Translations under genes and position numbers: made by a program
Part shown: in pieces, positions 11,211-22,173 of the stretch
How positions within the stretch are numbered: the first letter of the stretch is position 1
Layout: every line of letters begins with the position of its first letter
From: Nitrospinaceae bacterium
Lineage (GTDB): Bacteria; Nitrospinota; Nitrospinia; Nitrospinales; Nitrospinaceae
Assembly (NCBI GenBank): GCA_965237905.1
Contig: OZ250172.1
Coordinates: forward strand, 1,408,001 to 1,472,000
Direction: 5' to 3'
DNA: 64,000 nucleotides
The notes under the pieces: model-generated
What the model was told of the DNA's origin: nothing
The model's database searches: none
What the model saw: the letters and a program-made list of their open reading frames with translations, nothing else

Positions 11211-11852
11211 TCAAGCCACCACTTTGTAAATCCTGGAGAAAATCGCATCCATTCCGCCGCAGCCCTGAATGGTTCTCAATTTCCCCTGCTTCCGGTAAAA
11301 CTCCCTAAGAGGAGCCGTTTCCTTGTGGTAAACCTCTAGTCTCTTAACGATAGTCTCCTTGTTGTCGTCTGGGCGCTGGTATAACTCCCCGCCACATTCA
11401 TCGCAAACCCCGTCCACTTTGGGCGGATGCGAGGTCTGATGAAACATGGTTCCGCAATTTTTACAGGTATAGCGACCCGTCAGCCGAACCAGCAATTCAT
11501 CCCGGTCGACTTCCAGATCCACCACCGAATCTATATCTTGACCCATCGCCGCCAGGGTTTCCCCTAGTTTTTCAGCCTGGACGATGGTCCTTGGAAACCC
11601 GTCGAGAATGAATCCAGCCTCGCAGTCGGGCTCCACAATCCGTTCTTTAATCAAACCGATAACCACTTCGTCGGGGACCAATTCCCCTTTATCCATAAAC
11701 CTTTTGGCTTGTTGCCCCAATTCCGTGTCGTCTTCCACGGCGGCTCTCAGGATATCCCCGGTCGAGATTTTTGGGATACTGAACTTCTCCTGAAGCAAGT
11801 TAGCCTGAGTCCCTTTACCGGACCCGGGGGGACCTAACAATATCAACCTCAT
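11211..11852 (-). CDS. adk: adenylate kinase (Zn-lid type)
   Basis: [16 protein letters not shown], lid motifs CKNC/CDEC. Confidence 0.98.
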   Translation of the reverse strand: MRLILLGPPGSGKGTQANLLQEKFSIPKISTGDILRAAVEDDTELGQQAKRFMDKGELVPDEVVIGLIKERIVEPDCEAGFILDGFPRTIVQAEKLGETLAAMGQDIDSVVDLEVDRDELLVRLTGRYTCKNCGTMFHQTSHPPKVDGVCDECGGELYQRPDDNKETIVKRLEVYHKETAPLREFYRKQGKLRTIQGCGGMDAIFSRIYKVVA

Positions 11853-11855
11853 TGA

Positions 11856-13175
11856 TCAGCCTCGGCGACCTCGTATCCTCCCCTTTTTCAAAAATCCGTC
11901 GTAGTTGCGTTGAACCAGGTGGGATTCGATTTGTTGCATTGTATCGAGGGACACTCCAACAACGATAAGCAAGCTGGTACCGCCAAAATAGAACGGAATG
12001 TTGAAGTATTTTATCAGATAATCCGGCAAAATACATACAAAAGACAGGTAAATTGCCCCGTAAAAGGTCAACCTCGATAAAATCCGATCAAGATAATCAG
12101 CGGTCTTGGGTCCGGGACGAATTCCGGGGATAAAACCGCCGTTCTTTTTCATATTGTCCGCCACCTCCGTGGGATTGAACATAATCGACGTATAAAAATA
12201 ACAAAAGAAAAATACCAAACCAACAAAGATCGTGCTGTAGATAATCGTCCCCGGATTCATCAACCCTGCAAACTGCTGCATCCAGGGAAGATCGATAAAC
12301 CGCGCCATCGTCGCCGGCAATATGATCATCGTCGAGGCAAAAATCGGTGGAATAACCCCGGATGTATTCACTTTCAAGGGCAAATGGGTGCTTTGCCCAC
12401 CGTACATTTTACGTCCCACCATCCGTTTCGCATATTGGATGGGGATGCGCCTCTGCCCGCCCTCGGTAAACACGATGGCCCAAACCACGCCGGCCATCAA
12501 GACCGTCAGAAACAGAACCACCAGAATGGACAACTCGCCGGTGCCCATCTGTTCCATGGACAGGAAAATCGCCGCAGGCGTTCCCGCCACGATGCCGGCA
12601 AAAATGATCAGCGAAATGCCGTTGCCGATCCCCCGCTCGGTAATCTGTTCCCCGAGCCACATGATCAATGCGGTGCCCGCGGTAAGCGTTAAAACTGCCA
12701 TCAACCGGAAACTCCAACCGGGCTCCGGTACGATGAGCGCTCCGCTAGCGCCTGGTGGCGTGGCTTCTAACGCCATGCTCATGCCGGTACCCTGAACCAG
12801 GCTGATGAGGATGGTACCATACCGGGTATACTGGGTAATTTTCTTCTGGCCCTGCTCGCCTTCTTTTTTCAGTTGCGCCAGGTGCGGAGACACAACGGTC
12901 ATCAACTGCAAAATAATGGAAGCGCTGATATAGGGCATAATTCCCAGCGCGAATATGGTCGCTCGGCTCAACGCGCCGCCGGAGAACATATCGAACATAC
13001 CCATGATGGTGCCTTTTTGCTGCGCGAACAGTGCCGTCAGCGCGGCTCCATCAATTCCAGGGGTCGGAATGTGGGCGCCGATCCTGTAAACAATCAACAC
13101 ACCCAGTGTGAACAGAATCCGTCGTTTGAGTTCGGGAATTTTAAATAGGCTACCGAAACTCTCTGCGCCACTCAT
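11856..13175 (-). CDS. secY: preprotein translocase SecY
   Basis: FALGIMPYISASII, GIGNGISL, IPGIRPG. Confidence 0.98.
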   Translation of the reverse strand: MSGAESFGSLFKIPELKRRILFTLGVLIVYRIGAHIPTPGIDGAALTALFAQQKGTIMGMFDMFSGGALSRATIFALGIMPYISASIILQLMTVVSPHLAQLKKEGEQGQKKITQYTRYGTILISLVQGTGMSMALEATPPGASGALIVPEPGWSFRLMAVLTLTAGTALIMWLGEQITERGIGNGISLIIFAGIVAGTPAAIFLSMEQMGTGELSILVVLFLTVLMAGVVWAIVFTEGGQRRIPIQYAKRMVGRKMYGGQSTHLPLKVNTSGVIPPIFASTMIILPATMARFIDLPWMQQFAGLMNPGTIIYSTIFVGLVFFFCYFYTSIMFNPTEVADNMKKNGGFIPGIRPGPKTADYLDRILSRLTFYGAIYLSFVCILPDYLIKYFNIPFYFGGTSLLIVVGVSLDTMQQIESHLVQRNYDGFLKKGRIRGRRG

Positions 13176-13616
13176 TTAAAGGACTACAGCCTTTCCCCCG
13201 GATTTTTCAATTTTCTGTAGCGCGGATTGACTGAACTTGTGCGCATGAATCTCGACCGAACCGGTCAACTCGCCATCGCCCAGCACCTTAACCGCACCCG
13301 TATTTCGAATCAATCCTTGGTCTTTCAAAACCTGAGGCGTCAACGCGCCATCCACTTTCAACTCTGCCAGGGCCTTCAGATTCACCAGATCGTAAGATTT
13401 CTTAAAAATGTTGGTGAATCCACGTTTGGGAAGGCGCCTTTGCAATGGCATTTGGCCACCTTCAAACCAGGGATGCGGCTTACCGCCGGAACGGCTTTTC
13501 TGACCCTTCTGGCCCCGTCCACAGGTTTTACCGGTACCGGATCCGGAACCTCTTCCCACCCGCTTTGGATTTTTGCGGGCTCCAGGATTATTTTTTAAAT
13601 TCGATAAGGTGATCAT
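13176..13616 (-). CDS. rplO: 50S ribosomal protein L15
   Basis: [23 protein letters not shown]. Confidence 0.98.
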   Translation of the reverse strand: MITLSNLKNNPGARKNPKRVGRGSGSGTGKTCGRGQKGQKSRSGGKPHPWFEGGQMPLQRRLPKRGFTNIFKKSYDLVNLKALAELKVDGALTPQVLKDQGLIRNTGAVKVLGDGELTGSVEIHAHKFSQSALQKIEKSGGKAVVL

Positions 13617-13638
13617 CTTTTATAAATTCCAATTCCGT

Positions 13639-14142
13639 TCAGGCGGAAGGCTTGGCCACTACCGCTTTTTCCCGCGCCTTGGAAAACTGTTCCGCGTTAC
13701 GCAGGGAAATCAATCCATTGATAGTGGCCTTAACCACGTTATGTGGATTATTGGTCCGAAGACATTTGGTCAGGATATCCTTGATTCCAACTGCCTCAAG
13801 CACTGCGCGTACGGCACCACCGGCGATCAGGCCGGTCCCCCGGGAAGCAGGTTTCATCAAGACGCGCCCGGAACCAAACTGCCCGACGATTTCGTGCGGT
13901 ATGGTGGATCCGTCCAGCGGAACCAAGACCTGGCTTTTCTTAGCCTTGTCAATCCCTTTGCGAATCGCTTCCGGCACTTCATTGGCTTTACCGAGGCCCC
14001 AGCCGACTTTGCCTTCGCGGTTGCCCACAACCACCAGGGCGCTGAAGCTGAACCGACGGCCACCCTTCACCACTTTGGCGACACGTTTGATCTTGACGAC
14101 TTTATCTACCAGATCCTGTTGTTTTCCGTTTCGATCCTGCAA
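13639..14142 (-). CDS. rpsE: 30S ribosomal protein S5
   Basis: [25 protein letters not shown] start with AGGAGG RBS. Confidence 0.97.
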   Translation of the reverse strand: MQDRNGKQQDLVDKVVKIKRVAKVVKGGRRFSFSALVVVGNREGKVGWGLGKANEVPEAIRKGIDKAKKSQVLVPLDGSTIPHEIVGQFGSGRVLMKPASRGTGLIAGGAVRAVLEAVGIKDILTKCLRTNNPHNVVKATINGLISLRNAEQFSKAREKAVVAKPSA

Positions 14143-14182
14143 CGATCTTCCTCCTGTTCGCCGGGTAATTCACCCTGCGAAC

Positions 14183-14548
14183 TTAAAATTTAACTCCCTT
14201 TTCACGCACCGCATCGGCCAGCGCCTTGACGCGTCCAGCATAAATGAATCCATTGCGGTCGTAATACACTTCCTTGATGCCCTGTTGAGCGGCTTTTTCG
14301 CCCAGCAGAGAACCGACCAATACGGCGGCTTTGACGTTGCCTCCGTATTTCATCTGCTTCTGGAAGGCCTTGGATACGGTAGACTCCGTAACCAGGGTTT
14401 TGCGTTCCTGATCGCTGATGATCTGCGCATAAATATGCTTGGCGCTTTTGAACACCGTGAGACGCAGTTTCTCCGGATGGCGCTGAGTTTTAGTCTTCAC
14501 CCGCTGCTTGCGATGCAGCCTGAGGCGGCGGCGTAATGTCGTTTTCAT
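14183..14548 (-). CDS. rplR: 50S ribosomal protein L18
   Basis: [25 protein letters not shown]. Confidence 0.97.
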   Translation of the reverse strand: MKTTLRRRLRLHRKQRVKTKTQRHPEKLRLTVFKSAKHIYAQIISDQERKTLVTESTVSKAFQKQMKYGGNVKAAVLVGSLLGEKAAQQGIKEVYYDRNGFIYAGRVKALADAVREKGVKF

Positions 14549-14560
14549 AATTGATGTACC

Positions 14561-15109
14561 TTATTTACCCGTGCCGGCAGCTTTTCCTGCTTTTCTCCGA
14601 ATGTGTTCATTCGCATACATCACCCCTTTACCTTTATACGGCTCCGGGGGACGGAACTTCCGGATTTCAGCGGAGACCTGCCCTACTTGCTGTTTATCGG
14701 TTCCTTTGATTTTGATGGTATTCGCTTTGGAATCGACTTCGAATTCTATCCCTTTAGGTGCGGGGTATTTCACAGGGTGAGAAAATCCCAGTTGCATCAC
14801 CAGGTCATTCCCTTTCAAATCCACTTTATACCCGACTCCCACAATATTGAGTTGCTTTAAAAATCCTTCCGAGACGCCGGTGACCATATTGCTGAGCAAC
14901 GCCCGGGTCAGTCCGTGCAGAGCCCTATTGGTCCGGTTGTCGTCCGGCCGACTCACCACAATTTGCCCATCCGTGGATTCGATTTTCATATTCGAATCGA
15001 ATTCGCGCTCAAGCTCGCCTTTGGAACCTTTGACGTGCACCTTGGATCCATCGATCTTGACATCAACCCCGGAGGGGATGGCTATGGGTTTTCTACCGAC
15101 TCGCGACAT
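14561..15109 (-). CDS. rplF: 50S ribosomal protein L6
   Basis: MSRVGRKP, RPPEPYKGKG; start corrected to the ATG at 15109. Confidence 0.97.
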   Translation of the reverse strand: MSRVGRKPIAIPSGVDVKIDGSKVHVKGSKGELEREFDSNMKIESTDGQIVVSRPDDNRTNRALHGLTRALLSNMVTGVSEGFLKQLNIVGVGYKVDLKGNDLVMQLGFSHPVKYPAPKGIEFEVDSKANTIKIKGTDKQQVGQVSAEIRKFRPPEPYKGKGVMYANEHIRRKAGKAAGTGK

Positions 15110-15119
15110 ATTCTCTTCC

Positions 15120-15515
15120 TTACCAGACGTGTCCCAACACTTCGCCCCCGACTCCTTTTTCACGGCAAATGCCGTCGGTGACCACTCCGGAGGATGTTGA
15201 GACAATAGCGACTCCCAATCCATTCAACACTTTGGGAATCTTATCCTTATTGACGTAGACCCTGCGGCCCGGCGTGCTGATGCGTTTGATCCCGTGAATG
15301 GATGATTCTCCATCCTTGTATTTCAAGTAAACACGGAGCATGCCCTGCTTGTTGTCCTCTGCCACTTTGAAATTCTTGATAAACCCTTCATCGCGCAGAA
15401 TTTCCACAATCCGGATTTTCATCTTGGAATTCGGCATATCCACCTTGGGATGCTCCGCCTGAATGGCGTTTCTAATTCTTGTAAATAAATCCGCTATGGG
15501 ATCGGTCATTGACAT
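15120..15515 (-). CDS. rpsH: 30S ribosomal protein S8
   Basis: [26 protein letters not shown]. Confidence 0.98.
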   Translation of the reverse strand: MSMTDPIADLFTRIRNAIQAEHPKVDMPNSKMKIRIVEILRDEGFIKNFKVAEDNKQGMLRVYLKYKDGESSIHGIKRISTPGRRVYVNKDKIPKVLNGLGVAIVSTSSGVVTDGICREKGVGGEVLGHVW

Positions 15516-15546
15516 AATGGTACCTGTCTCCTGATTCGTCTTCCGT

Positions 15547-15732
15547 TTACCAACTGGCCTTGGTCACTCCGGGAATCTCCCCCAGAAGCGCCCTTGTCCG
15601 AAAGCATATGCGGCACAACCCAAACTTTTGCAGGTAGGCGCGCGGCCGGCCGCAAACGTTGCAACGGTTGTATCCTCGAACCTTGAACTTCGGCTTTCGG
15701 TTGGCTTTGGCAATTAAACTTTTCTTGGCCAT
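15547..15732 (-). CDS. rpsZ: 30S ribosomal protein S14 (Zn-binding, 61 aa)
   Basis: RCNVCGRPR...LCRICFR. Confidence 0.96.
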   Translation of the reverse strand: MAKKSLIAKANRKPKFKVRGYNRCNVCGRPRAYLQKFGLCRICFRTRALLGEIPGVTKASW

Positions 15733-15755
15733 GTTTGACTCCGGGTTCCTGCCGG

Positions 15756-16295
15756 TCAATTCCGGATCGGAAACCCCATTGATTTCAGTAACACCTTGCC
15801 TGCTTCATCCGTTTCGGCGGAGGTGCAAATTGTGATATTCATCCCTTTAACATGCTCGATCTTATCGAAGTCGATCTCCGGAAAGATCAATTGCTCTTTC
15901 AGGCCGATGGTGTAGTTGCCCCGACCATCGAACGCCTTGGGAGGCAGTCCCTTAAAATCCCTTACCCGCGGCAGGGCAAAGCCCACCAGCCGCTCAAAAA
16001 ACTCGTACATGCGGTTACCGCGCAGGGTCACCCGAACGCCGATGGGCACCCCTTCCCGCAATTTAAAATTCGAGATGGCCTTCTTGGCGCGGGTCACCAC
16101 GGGTTGCTGGCCGGCGATGGTTCGCAACTGCTCCACGCCCGCGTCGATCAACTTACCGTTCTGCAGAGCCTCTCCCAATCCCATATTGACGACAATCTTA
16201 TCCAGATGGGGAACCTGCATGACATTTTTCAATCCGAGGTCCTTCTGGACTTGGGCTTTGATTTTTTCGTTATATATTTTTTTTAAATTCGCCAT
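15756..16295 (-). CDS. rplE: 50S ribosomal protein L5
   Basis: [26 protein letters not shown]. Confidence 0.98.
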   Translation of the reverse strand: MANLKKIYNEKIKAQVQKDLGLKNVMQVPHLDKIVVNMGLGEALQNGKLIDAGVEQLRTIAGQQPVVTRAKKAISNFKLREGVPIGVRVTLRGNRMYEFFERLVGFALPRVRDFKGLPPKAFDGRGNYTIGLKEQLIFPEIDFDKIEHVKGMNITICTSAETDEAGKVLLKSMGFPIRN

Positions 16296-16325
16296 GATTT
16301 CCGGTTTTCTGCAATCCCGCTGGAA

Positions 16326-16658
16326 TTACATCTTATCCATTACTTCTCCGCATTTGGCACAGACACGCACCCGCTTGCCGTCTTCCAGCTTCTTGCGTTT
16401 GGTCCGTACCCCCTTGCCGCATTTGTCACACACCAACAAGACGTTGGAAATAGCCAGCCGCCCTTCCTTTTCGATAATGCCGCCCTGCTTGTTCTGCGCA
16501 CTGGGCTTGGTGTGCCTTTTCAGCATATTCAATTTTTCAACAGTGAGCTTTCCGTCATTGGGAAATAACATCAGGATTTTCCCTTTTTTACCCTTTTCCC
16601 GTCCGGCGATGACTTCCACGATGTCATCTTTTTTCAATTTGAGTTTGACCCCACTCAT
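16326..16658 (-). CDS. rplX: 50S ribosomal protein L24
   Basis: KOW motif [20 protein letters not shown]. Confidence 0.97.
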   Translation of the reverse strand: MSGVKLKLKKDDIVEVIAGREKGKKGKILMLFPNDGKLTVEKLNMLKRHTKPSAQNKQGGIIEKEGRLAISNVLLVCDKCGKGVRTKRKKLEDGKRVRVCAKCGEVMDKM

Positions 16659-17026
16659 TACAATACCTCCGGCGCAAGCGACAGAATTTTCAAAAACTTT
16701 TTAGCTCTCAACTCACGCGCGACAGGACCGAAGATACGGGTACCCACCGGCTCTTTCGCATCAGTGACCAGTACCGCGGCGTTGGTATCGAATTTGATAT
16801 AACTGCCTTCCGGACGCCGGATTTCCTTGCGGGTACGGACCACCACGGCTTTTCTCACATCGCCCTTCTTGATCTGGCTCTGCGGTTCACATTCCTTCAC
16901 CGCCACCACGATGATGTCGCCGACCGAGGCATACCGGCGCCCCGTCCCACCCAGAACCTTGATGCACTGCACCTTTTTGGCTCCAGAGTTATCCGCCACA
17001 TCCATGACTGTTCTTAATTGGATCAT
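16658..17026 (-). CDS. rplN: 50S ribosomal protein L14
   Basis: [23 protein letters not shown]. Confidence 0.98.
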   Translation of the reverse strand: MIQLRTVMDVADNSGAKKVQCIKVLGGTGRRYASVGDIIVVAVKECEPQSQIKKGDVRKAVVVRTRKEIRRPEGSYIKFDTNAAVLVTDAKEPVGTRIFGPVARELRAKKFLKILSLAPEVL

Positions 17027-17041
17027 AGTTGTTGTATCCGG

Positions 17042-17311
17042 CTATACCGCTTGCGCTACCTTTAAAACCTTTTCCAGATTCCAGCGTTTGGTTTTGCTCA
17101 ACGGTCTCACTTCCCGCATGGAGATGAAATCCCCAACCGAGCACTCGTTCTTTTCGTCATGACACCGGAATTTTTTGGTCCGCTTGACCACCTTCTTGAA
17201 GGTGCGGTGGATGAATTTGCGCTCCACCGAAACCACGACCGTTTTATCCATCTTATTGCTCACGACGGTTCCCGTAATTACTTTTTTAATTTTTGCGGCT
17301 TCCTGACTCAA
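17042..17311 (-). CDS. rpsQ: 30S ribosomal protein S17
   Basis: [26 protein letters not shown] start. Confidence 0.97.
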   Translation of the reverse strand: MSQEAAKIKKVITGTVVSNKMDKTVVVSVERKFIHRTFKKVVKRTKKFRCHDEKNECSVGDFISMREVRPLSKTKRWNLEKVLKVAQAV

Positions 17312-17425
17312 TGGACCTCCATGAACATTTTCAATCGTACTGGATTATTTTTTACCCGCTGTTTTCTTGCTTTCTTTCTCTGGTTCTTTTTCGGCTTCAG
17401 CGGCGGGCTTGGCCTCGGCCACCGG

Positions 17426-17605
17426 CTAATTGCTTTTCAGGGTCAATATCCGGGCGATATCGCGCCGCATATACTTCAACCGGCCGGGATTTTCGATTTT
17501 TCCCATGGCCAACTGGAACTTCAAATTAAAATATTCTTCTCGCAGGTCGCTTAGCTTTTCCCCGCGTTCTTTTTCTGAAAGCTCTTTTATTTCCTCTATC
17601 TTCAT
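17426..17605 (-). CDS. rpmC: 50S ribosomal protein L29 (59 aa to TAG; in-frame tail continues to 17345)
   Basis: Read by hand: [59 protein letters not shown], between rplP and rpsQ. Confidence 0.95.
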   Translation of the reverse strand: MKIEEIKELSEKERGEKLSDLREEYFNLKFQLAMGKIENPGRLKYMRRDIARILTLKSN

Positions 17606-17623
17606 AATCGCAATCCTGCTTCC

Positions 17624-18031
17624 TTATTTATTGGCCACAAACCGGGTCGGAACAGAAAGCTTATGCGCCGCCAGCCGGAAAGCCTCCTTGGCTACATCTT
17701 CCTCCACGCCCGCCATTTCATACAAAATACGTCCCGGCTTGACTACGGCGACCCAAAACTCCGGATTCCCTTTGCCTTTGCCCATACGGGTTTCCGCCGG
17801 CTTTTTGGAGATAGGCTTGTCCGGGAAAATGCGGAGCCAGATTTTGCCGCCACGCTTAACGTGACGGGTCATGGCAATACGCGCCGCTTCGATCTGCCGG
17901 TTGGTGATCCACCCGCAGGCCAGCGCCTGCAATCCATATTCACCGAAACTGACTGTGCCACCGCGGTACGCTGTTCCGCGCATTTTGCCTTTATGGCGTT
18001 TCCGGTATTTAACTTTTTTGGGCATCAACAT
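17624..18031 (-). CDS. rplP: 50S ribosomal protein L16
   Basis: [18 protein letters not shown]. Confidence 0.98.
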   Translation of the reverse strand: MLMPKKVKYRKRHKGKMRGTAYRGGTVSFGEYGLQALACGWITNRQIEAARIAMTRHVKRGGKIWLRIFPDKPISKKPAETRMGKGKGNPEFWVAVVKPGRILYEMAGVEEDVAKEAFRLAAHKLSVPTRFVANK

Positions 18032-18058
18032 GATGCAAACTCTCCTGTAAAATCGGCC

Positions 18059-18739
18059 TTAGGATTTACCTTTTTCGCCGCTTTCTTCTTTTTCCGCCGA
18101 CCCCACGGGTTTTTCAAAAATCTCACCTTTATAAACCCAGACTTTGATGCCGATAATCCCGTAAGTCGTCAGGGCTTCCGCCGTTCCGTAATCGATATCG
18201 GCCCGTAAGGTATGCAACGGCACCCGGCCTTCCCGGTACCATTCACTCCGGGCAATCTCATGCCCACCCAGTCGGCCGGAACAGCGAATTTTAATGCCCA
18301 ACGCCCCAAACCGCAGAGAGGACTGAACACTCTTTTTCATGGCCCGCCGAAATGAAATTCGTTTTTCCAACTGCAGGGCGATGTTCTGCGCCACCAGACT
18401 GGCATCCAATTCAGCCCGTCGGATTTCCTTGATGTTCAGGTTCACCTGTTTGCCGCCGATGATGCGTTGCAGTTCTTCCTTCAACCGGTCCACTTCCAGC
18501 CCCTTTTTACCGATGATGATCCCCGGCCGGGCGGTGTGGATGTTGATGCGAATCCGGTTGGCGGAACGCTCAATTCCCAGGTTGGCGATTCCTGCATGGG
18601 ACAGATTTTCCCTCAGAAAATTCCGGATCTTGATATCTTCCTGAAGCAGTTCCGGGAAATCCCTTTTACCAAACCAATTGGATTTCCAAGGCTTGTTGAT
18701 TCCCAATCTAAATCCGTACGGATGTACTTTTTGTCCCAC
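18059..18739 (-). CDS. rpsC: 30S ribosomal protein S3
   Basis: [23 protein letters not shown]. Confidence 0.98.
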   Translation of the reverse strand: MGQKVHPYGFRLGINKPWKSNWFGKRDFPELLQEDIKIRNFLRENLSHAGIANLGIERSANRIRINIHTARPGIIIGKKGLEVDRLKEELQRIIGGKQVNLNIKEIRRAELDASLVAQNIALQLEKRISFRRAMKKSVQSSLRFGALGIKIRCSGRLGGHEIARSEWYREGRVPLHTLRADIDYGTAEALTTYGIIGIKVWVYKGEIFEKPVGSAEKEESGEKGKS

Positions 18740-18754
18740 GCAATTCCTCCGAAT

Positions 18755-19090
18755 CTATTTTTCGTTCAGCACGATGGTCACGTGACTGGTTCGTTTCTTG
18801 ATGAGGTTGGACATTCCCCGCGCCCGGGGCATCTGGCGTTTCCAGGCCGCTCCCTCATCCACCGTAATCTTTTTGACGACCATATCTTCCACATCCACCA
18901 CCTTGTGGTTTTCCTCGGCGTTGGCCAACGCCGATTTCAACAGCGCCTGAATTTGACGGGCGGCTTTTTTACGCGTGAAGGTGAGCACATTCATTGCCTC
19001 CGTCACGTTTTTACCGCGAATCATATCGGCCACCAACCGGGCTTTCCGGGGTGCCAAGCGTACATGTCTCAATCGTGCCTTCACGTCCAT
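18755..19090 (-). CDS. rplV: 50S ribosomal protein L22
   Basis: PRKARLVADMIRG, SALANA, RTSHVT. Confidence 0.97.
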   Translation of the reverse strand: MDVKARLRHVRLAPRKARLVADMIRGKNVTEAMNVLTFTRKKAARQIQALLKSALANAEENHKVVDVEDMVVKKITVDEGAAWKRQMPRARGMSNLIKKRTSHVTIVLNEK

Positions 19091-19112
19091 ATCTAACAAT
19101 TAACCTCTCTCA

Positions 19113-19400
19113 TCAGCCTTTAGGCGGTGCAGCCTTTTTGGTTTTGCCGCTGTGCGCCCGGAAGGTCCGGGTGGGAGAAAATTCTCCCAGCTTGTGGCCC
19201 ACCATGTTCTCGGTAACAAACACGGGAATAAACTTTTTCCCGTTATGCACCCCCAGGGTATGGCCGACGAAATCCGGCGAAATGGTCGAGCGACGCGACC
19301 AGGTCTTCACAATCTTTTTGTCATTTTTCTGGTTCAACGATTCGATTTTGTTCTGCAGGGAATCGTCTATAAACGGTCCTTTTTTCAGCGATCGCGCCAT
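19113..19400 (-). CDS. rpsS: 30S ribosomal protein S19
   Basis: [17 protein letters not shown]. Confidence 0.98.
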   Translation of the reverse strand: MARSLKKGPFIDDSLQNKIESLNQKNDKKIVKTWSRRSTISPDFVGHTLGVHNGKKFIPVFVTENMVGHKLGEFSPTRTFRAHSGKTKKAAPPKG

Positions 19401-19440
19401 TCAAAAATTTCCTTAGTTGATACAACAAGTTGTTCTATGA

Positions 19441-20274
19441 TTACCGTTTCTTTTTCTTCCGGCTCAGAATGTATTTACTGGACGGCTTTTTCACTTTTCG
19501 CGTTTTGTAACCTTTGGCCGGCGTTCCCCACGGACTACAGGGGTGCCTGCCACCGGAGGAGCGTCCTTCACCACCACCCATCGGGTGATCCACCGGGTTC
19601 ATCGCCACCGCCCTTACGCGCGGCCGTTTTCCCAGCCACCGCGAACGTCCGGCTTTGCCGATGGAAACATTTTCGTGATCGGTATTTCCGACCGTTCCTA
19701 TGGTAGCCCGACACTTGACTTCCACCAGCCGGACTTCTCCAGAACCTAATTTGATATTGGCATACCGGCCTTCTTTCGCCATCAGCTGAACAGACGCTCC
19801 GGCGCTGCGGGCAATCTGCCCTCCTTTGCCCGGCCGCAATTCGATATTATGAATCAGCGTGCCTTCCGGAATCCGCTCCAGAGGAAGACAATTCCCCGCT
19901 CGCACTTCCGCTTCGGGACCGGACATCACCTGGTCTCCGGCTTTTAGTTCTTTGGGGGCGATAATGTATCGCTTCTCTCCATCCACGTAAGTCAGCAAGG
20001 CGATATGCGCCGACCGGTTCGGATCGTATTCGATTCCGGTTACTTTCGCGGGAATGCCGTCTTTGTTCCGCTTGAAATCAATCACCCGGTACAACTTACG
20101 ATGCCCGCCGCCACGGCGTTTCGCAGTAATCCGTCCGTTGTTGTTCCGTCCCCCTTTGCGGGAAATGGAAACCAACAGACTCTTTTCCGGCGTGGTCTTG
20201 GTGACTTCGGCAAAATCGGAGATGGTTTGGAACCGGACTCCGGCGGATGTTGGGTTGAGTTTACGTACGGGCAT
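19441..20274 (-). CDS. rplB: 50S ribosomal protein L2
   Basis: [21 protein letters not shown]. Confidence 0.98.
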   Translation of the reverse strand: MPVRKLNPTSAGVRFQTISDFAEVTKTTPEKSLLVSISRKGGRNNNGRITAKRRGGGHRKLYRVIDFKRNKDGIPAKVTGIEYDPNRSAHIALLTYVDGEKRYIIAPKELKAGDQVMSGPEAEVRAGNCLPLERIPEGTLIHNIELRPGKGGQIARSAGASVQLMAKEGRYANIKLGSGEVRLVEVKCRATIGTVGNTDHENVSIGKAGRSRWLGKRPRVRAVAMNPVDHPMGGGEGRSSGGRHPCSPWGTPAKGYKTRKVKKPSSKYILSRKKKKR

Positions 20275-20279
20275 ATTCT

Positions 20280-20573
20280 TTACACACCTTCAAAAAAGTC
20301 GATGCGATCCCCTTCTTTTAACAAAACGATAGCTTTCTTCCAAGCTTTGGTTTGGCCCTGATGCCGCCCGAACCGCTGGGTTTTGGGTTTGACATTGATC
20401 GTATTCACATCGAGCACGGTCACGTTGAAGACATTCTGCACCGCCTCTTTAATCTGCAATTTATTGGCGGAACGCTTCACCTGGAACATCACCCGGTTGC
20501 CATGCTCCTGCATCATGGTGCTTTTTTCCGTGATGAGGGGCTTCTCCAAAATACTGTAGTGATTGACGGCCAT
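20280..20573 (-). CDS. rplW: 50S ribosomal protein L23
   Basis: [23 protein letters not shown]. Confidence 0.97.
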   Translation of the reverse strand: MAVNHYSILEKPLITEKSTMMQEHGNRVMFQVKRSANKLQIKEAVQNVFNVTVLDVNTINVKPKTQRFGRHQGQTKAWKKAIVLLKEGDRIDFFEGV

Positions 20574-21199
20574 CAGTTTAAACGCTCCTCAATTTTCTTG
20601 ATGGACTCAGGCGTACACACGATCGTTTCGTGATGCAGAAGATCAAACACATTGAGCCCGTCCACCGGCAACACATCCGTGTTCGGCAGATTGCGTACCG
20701 CTAATTCCAGATTCTTGTCTTTTTCCGCCACCACAAACAAAGTTCTCGGCGGCAACCCCAGCTTCTTGATCAATTCCACCGCCGCCTTGGTTTTGGGTTC
20801 CGAAAGTGTCAGGCTTTCCACCACCTGCAGGCCGTTGTTGCGGGCCCGCTCCGTCAACACGGACTTGAGCGCAAGTTTTTTGGATTTTTTGGACAACTTG
20901 AAAGCGTAACTTCTCGGCGAGGGCCCGAAGACCGTCATTCCGCCACGCCAGAGCGGAGAACGCGAACTTCCCGCGCGCGCGCGACCGGTGCCTTTCTGTT
21001 TCCAGGGCTTCTTACCACCGCCGCGCACTTCGCCGCGGTTGCCGATGGTGGAAGCTGATCCACTCCGTCGAGCCGCCTGCTGCAGGGAGACATATTCTTT
21101 CACCAGATGCGCCCGAACCTTGACATCAAATACTTCAGGCGACAGGGGAACGGTCCCTACTTTTTTCTTATCTAAATTAATTAAATCCAAATCCGGCAT
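20573..21199 (-). CDS. rplD: 50S ribosomal protein L4
   Basis: KPWKQKGTGRARAG, RNLP. Confidence 0.98.
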   Translation of the reverse strand: MPDLDLINLDKKKVGTVPLSPEVFDVKVRAHLVKEYVSLQQAARRSGSASTIGNRGEVRGGGKKPWKQKGTGRARAGSSRSPLWRGGMTVFGPSPRSYAFKLSKKSKKLALKSVLTERARNNGLQVVESLTLSEPKTKAAVELIKKLGLPPRTLFVVAEKDKNLELAVRNLPNTDVLPVDGLNVFDLLHHETIVCTPESIKKIEERLN

Positions 21200-21211
21200 G
21201 ATTGGTTCTTT

Positions 21212-21865
21212 CTATCCTTTACTTTTTGATCCGGGTCTTTGAAGTATCCGGACGATACCGCCGTTGGCTCCTGGAACGGAGCCTTTCAGCAAAACAATAT
21301 TATTTCCAGCATCCACGCGAACGACCTGAATATTTTTGGCGTAGATCTGGTCTCCGCCCATGCGCCCCGGCATGGGATGTCCCTTGAGCACGCGCCCCGG
21401 ATAGGTCGCCATACCGATCGACCCGGCACCTCGAAACGATTCATGGTTACCGCGGGAGGCCGGGTGGCCGCCAAACCCATGGCGCTTCATGACTCCGGCA
21501 AATCCTTTGCCTTTGGAGACTCCGACCACGTTCACCCGTTCACCTTCCTTGAACATTTCCACGCTCAAGGGTTTTCCCATTTCTTCATCGTCGACTGCCA
21601 TGCTCCGGAATTCGGCTAACAGTTGGGCGGGGTCCCTCTTAAGCTGACTGTAAACTCCCTGCATCGGCTTGTTGGTATGCTTGACTTTGCGCTTGCCGTA
21701 AGCCATCAACACTGCCTCGTACCCGTTCTTCTCCTGGGTCCGCTTTAAAACCGGAACGCAGTCTTCCACCTGGATCACGGTGACACAAACACAATCGCCC
21801 TTTTCCGTAAACACCTGGGTCATTCCGACTTTTTTTCCCAACAAACCATTCATTGCAATACTCAT
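21212..21865 (-). CDS. rplC: 50S ribosomal protein L3
   Basis: GKKVGMTQVF, KGKGFAGVMKR, MPGRMG. Confidence 0.98.
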   Translation of the reverse strand: MSIAMNGLLGKKVGMTQVFTEKGDCVCVTVIQVEDCVPVLKRTQEKNGYEAVLMAYGKRKVKHTNKPMQGVYSQLKRDPAQLLAEFRSMAVDDEEMGKPLSVEMFKEGERVNVVGVSKGKGFAGVMKRHGFGGHPASRGNHESFRGAGSIGMATYPGRVLKGHPMPGRMGGDQIYAKNIQVVRVDAGNNIVLLKGSVPGANGGIVRILQRPGSKSKG

Positions 21866-22173
21866 TAGAGTTTGATTTCAATATCCACGCCGCCGGACAA
21901 ATCCAGCTTCATAAGCGCATCCACCGTTTGCGGGGTGGGCTCGAGAATTTCAAGAATCCGTTTATGAGTCCTTATCTCGAACTGCTCTCTTGATTTTTTG
22001 TCGACGTGTGGGGACCGAAGCACGGTCCACTTGTTTCGGACTGTCGGCAAGGGAATGGGCCCCACTACCCGCGCGCCAGTACGCTTGGTGGTTTCCACGA
22101 TTTCTCCCACCGACCAGTCGAGAAGCTTGTGGTCGTAAGCCTTCAGTTTGATTTTGATTTTTTGATCGCTCAT
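21865..22173 (-). CDS. rpsJ: 30S ribosomal protein S10
   Basis: [21 protein letters not shown]. Confidence 0.98.
   Translation of the reverse strand: MSDQKIKIKLKAYDHKLLDWSVGEIVETTKRTGARVVGPIPLPTVRNKWTVLRSPHVDKKSREQFEIRTHKRILEILEPTPQTVDALMKLDLSGGVDIEIKL

Noticed and set aside
15110..15223. Extended L6 N-terminus
   Set aside because: Overlaps rpsH; the canonical MSRVG start with RBS is at 15109
17426..17428. Genome-wide amber (TAG) reassignment as the explanation for the L29 stop
   Set aside because: TAG terminates rpsQ, rplK, rplA and rpmE normally, and RF1 is intact
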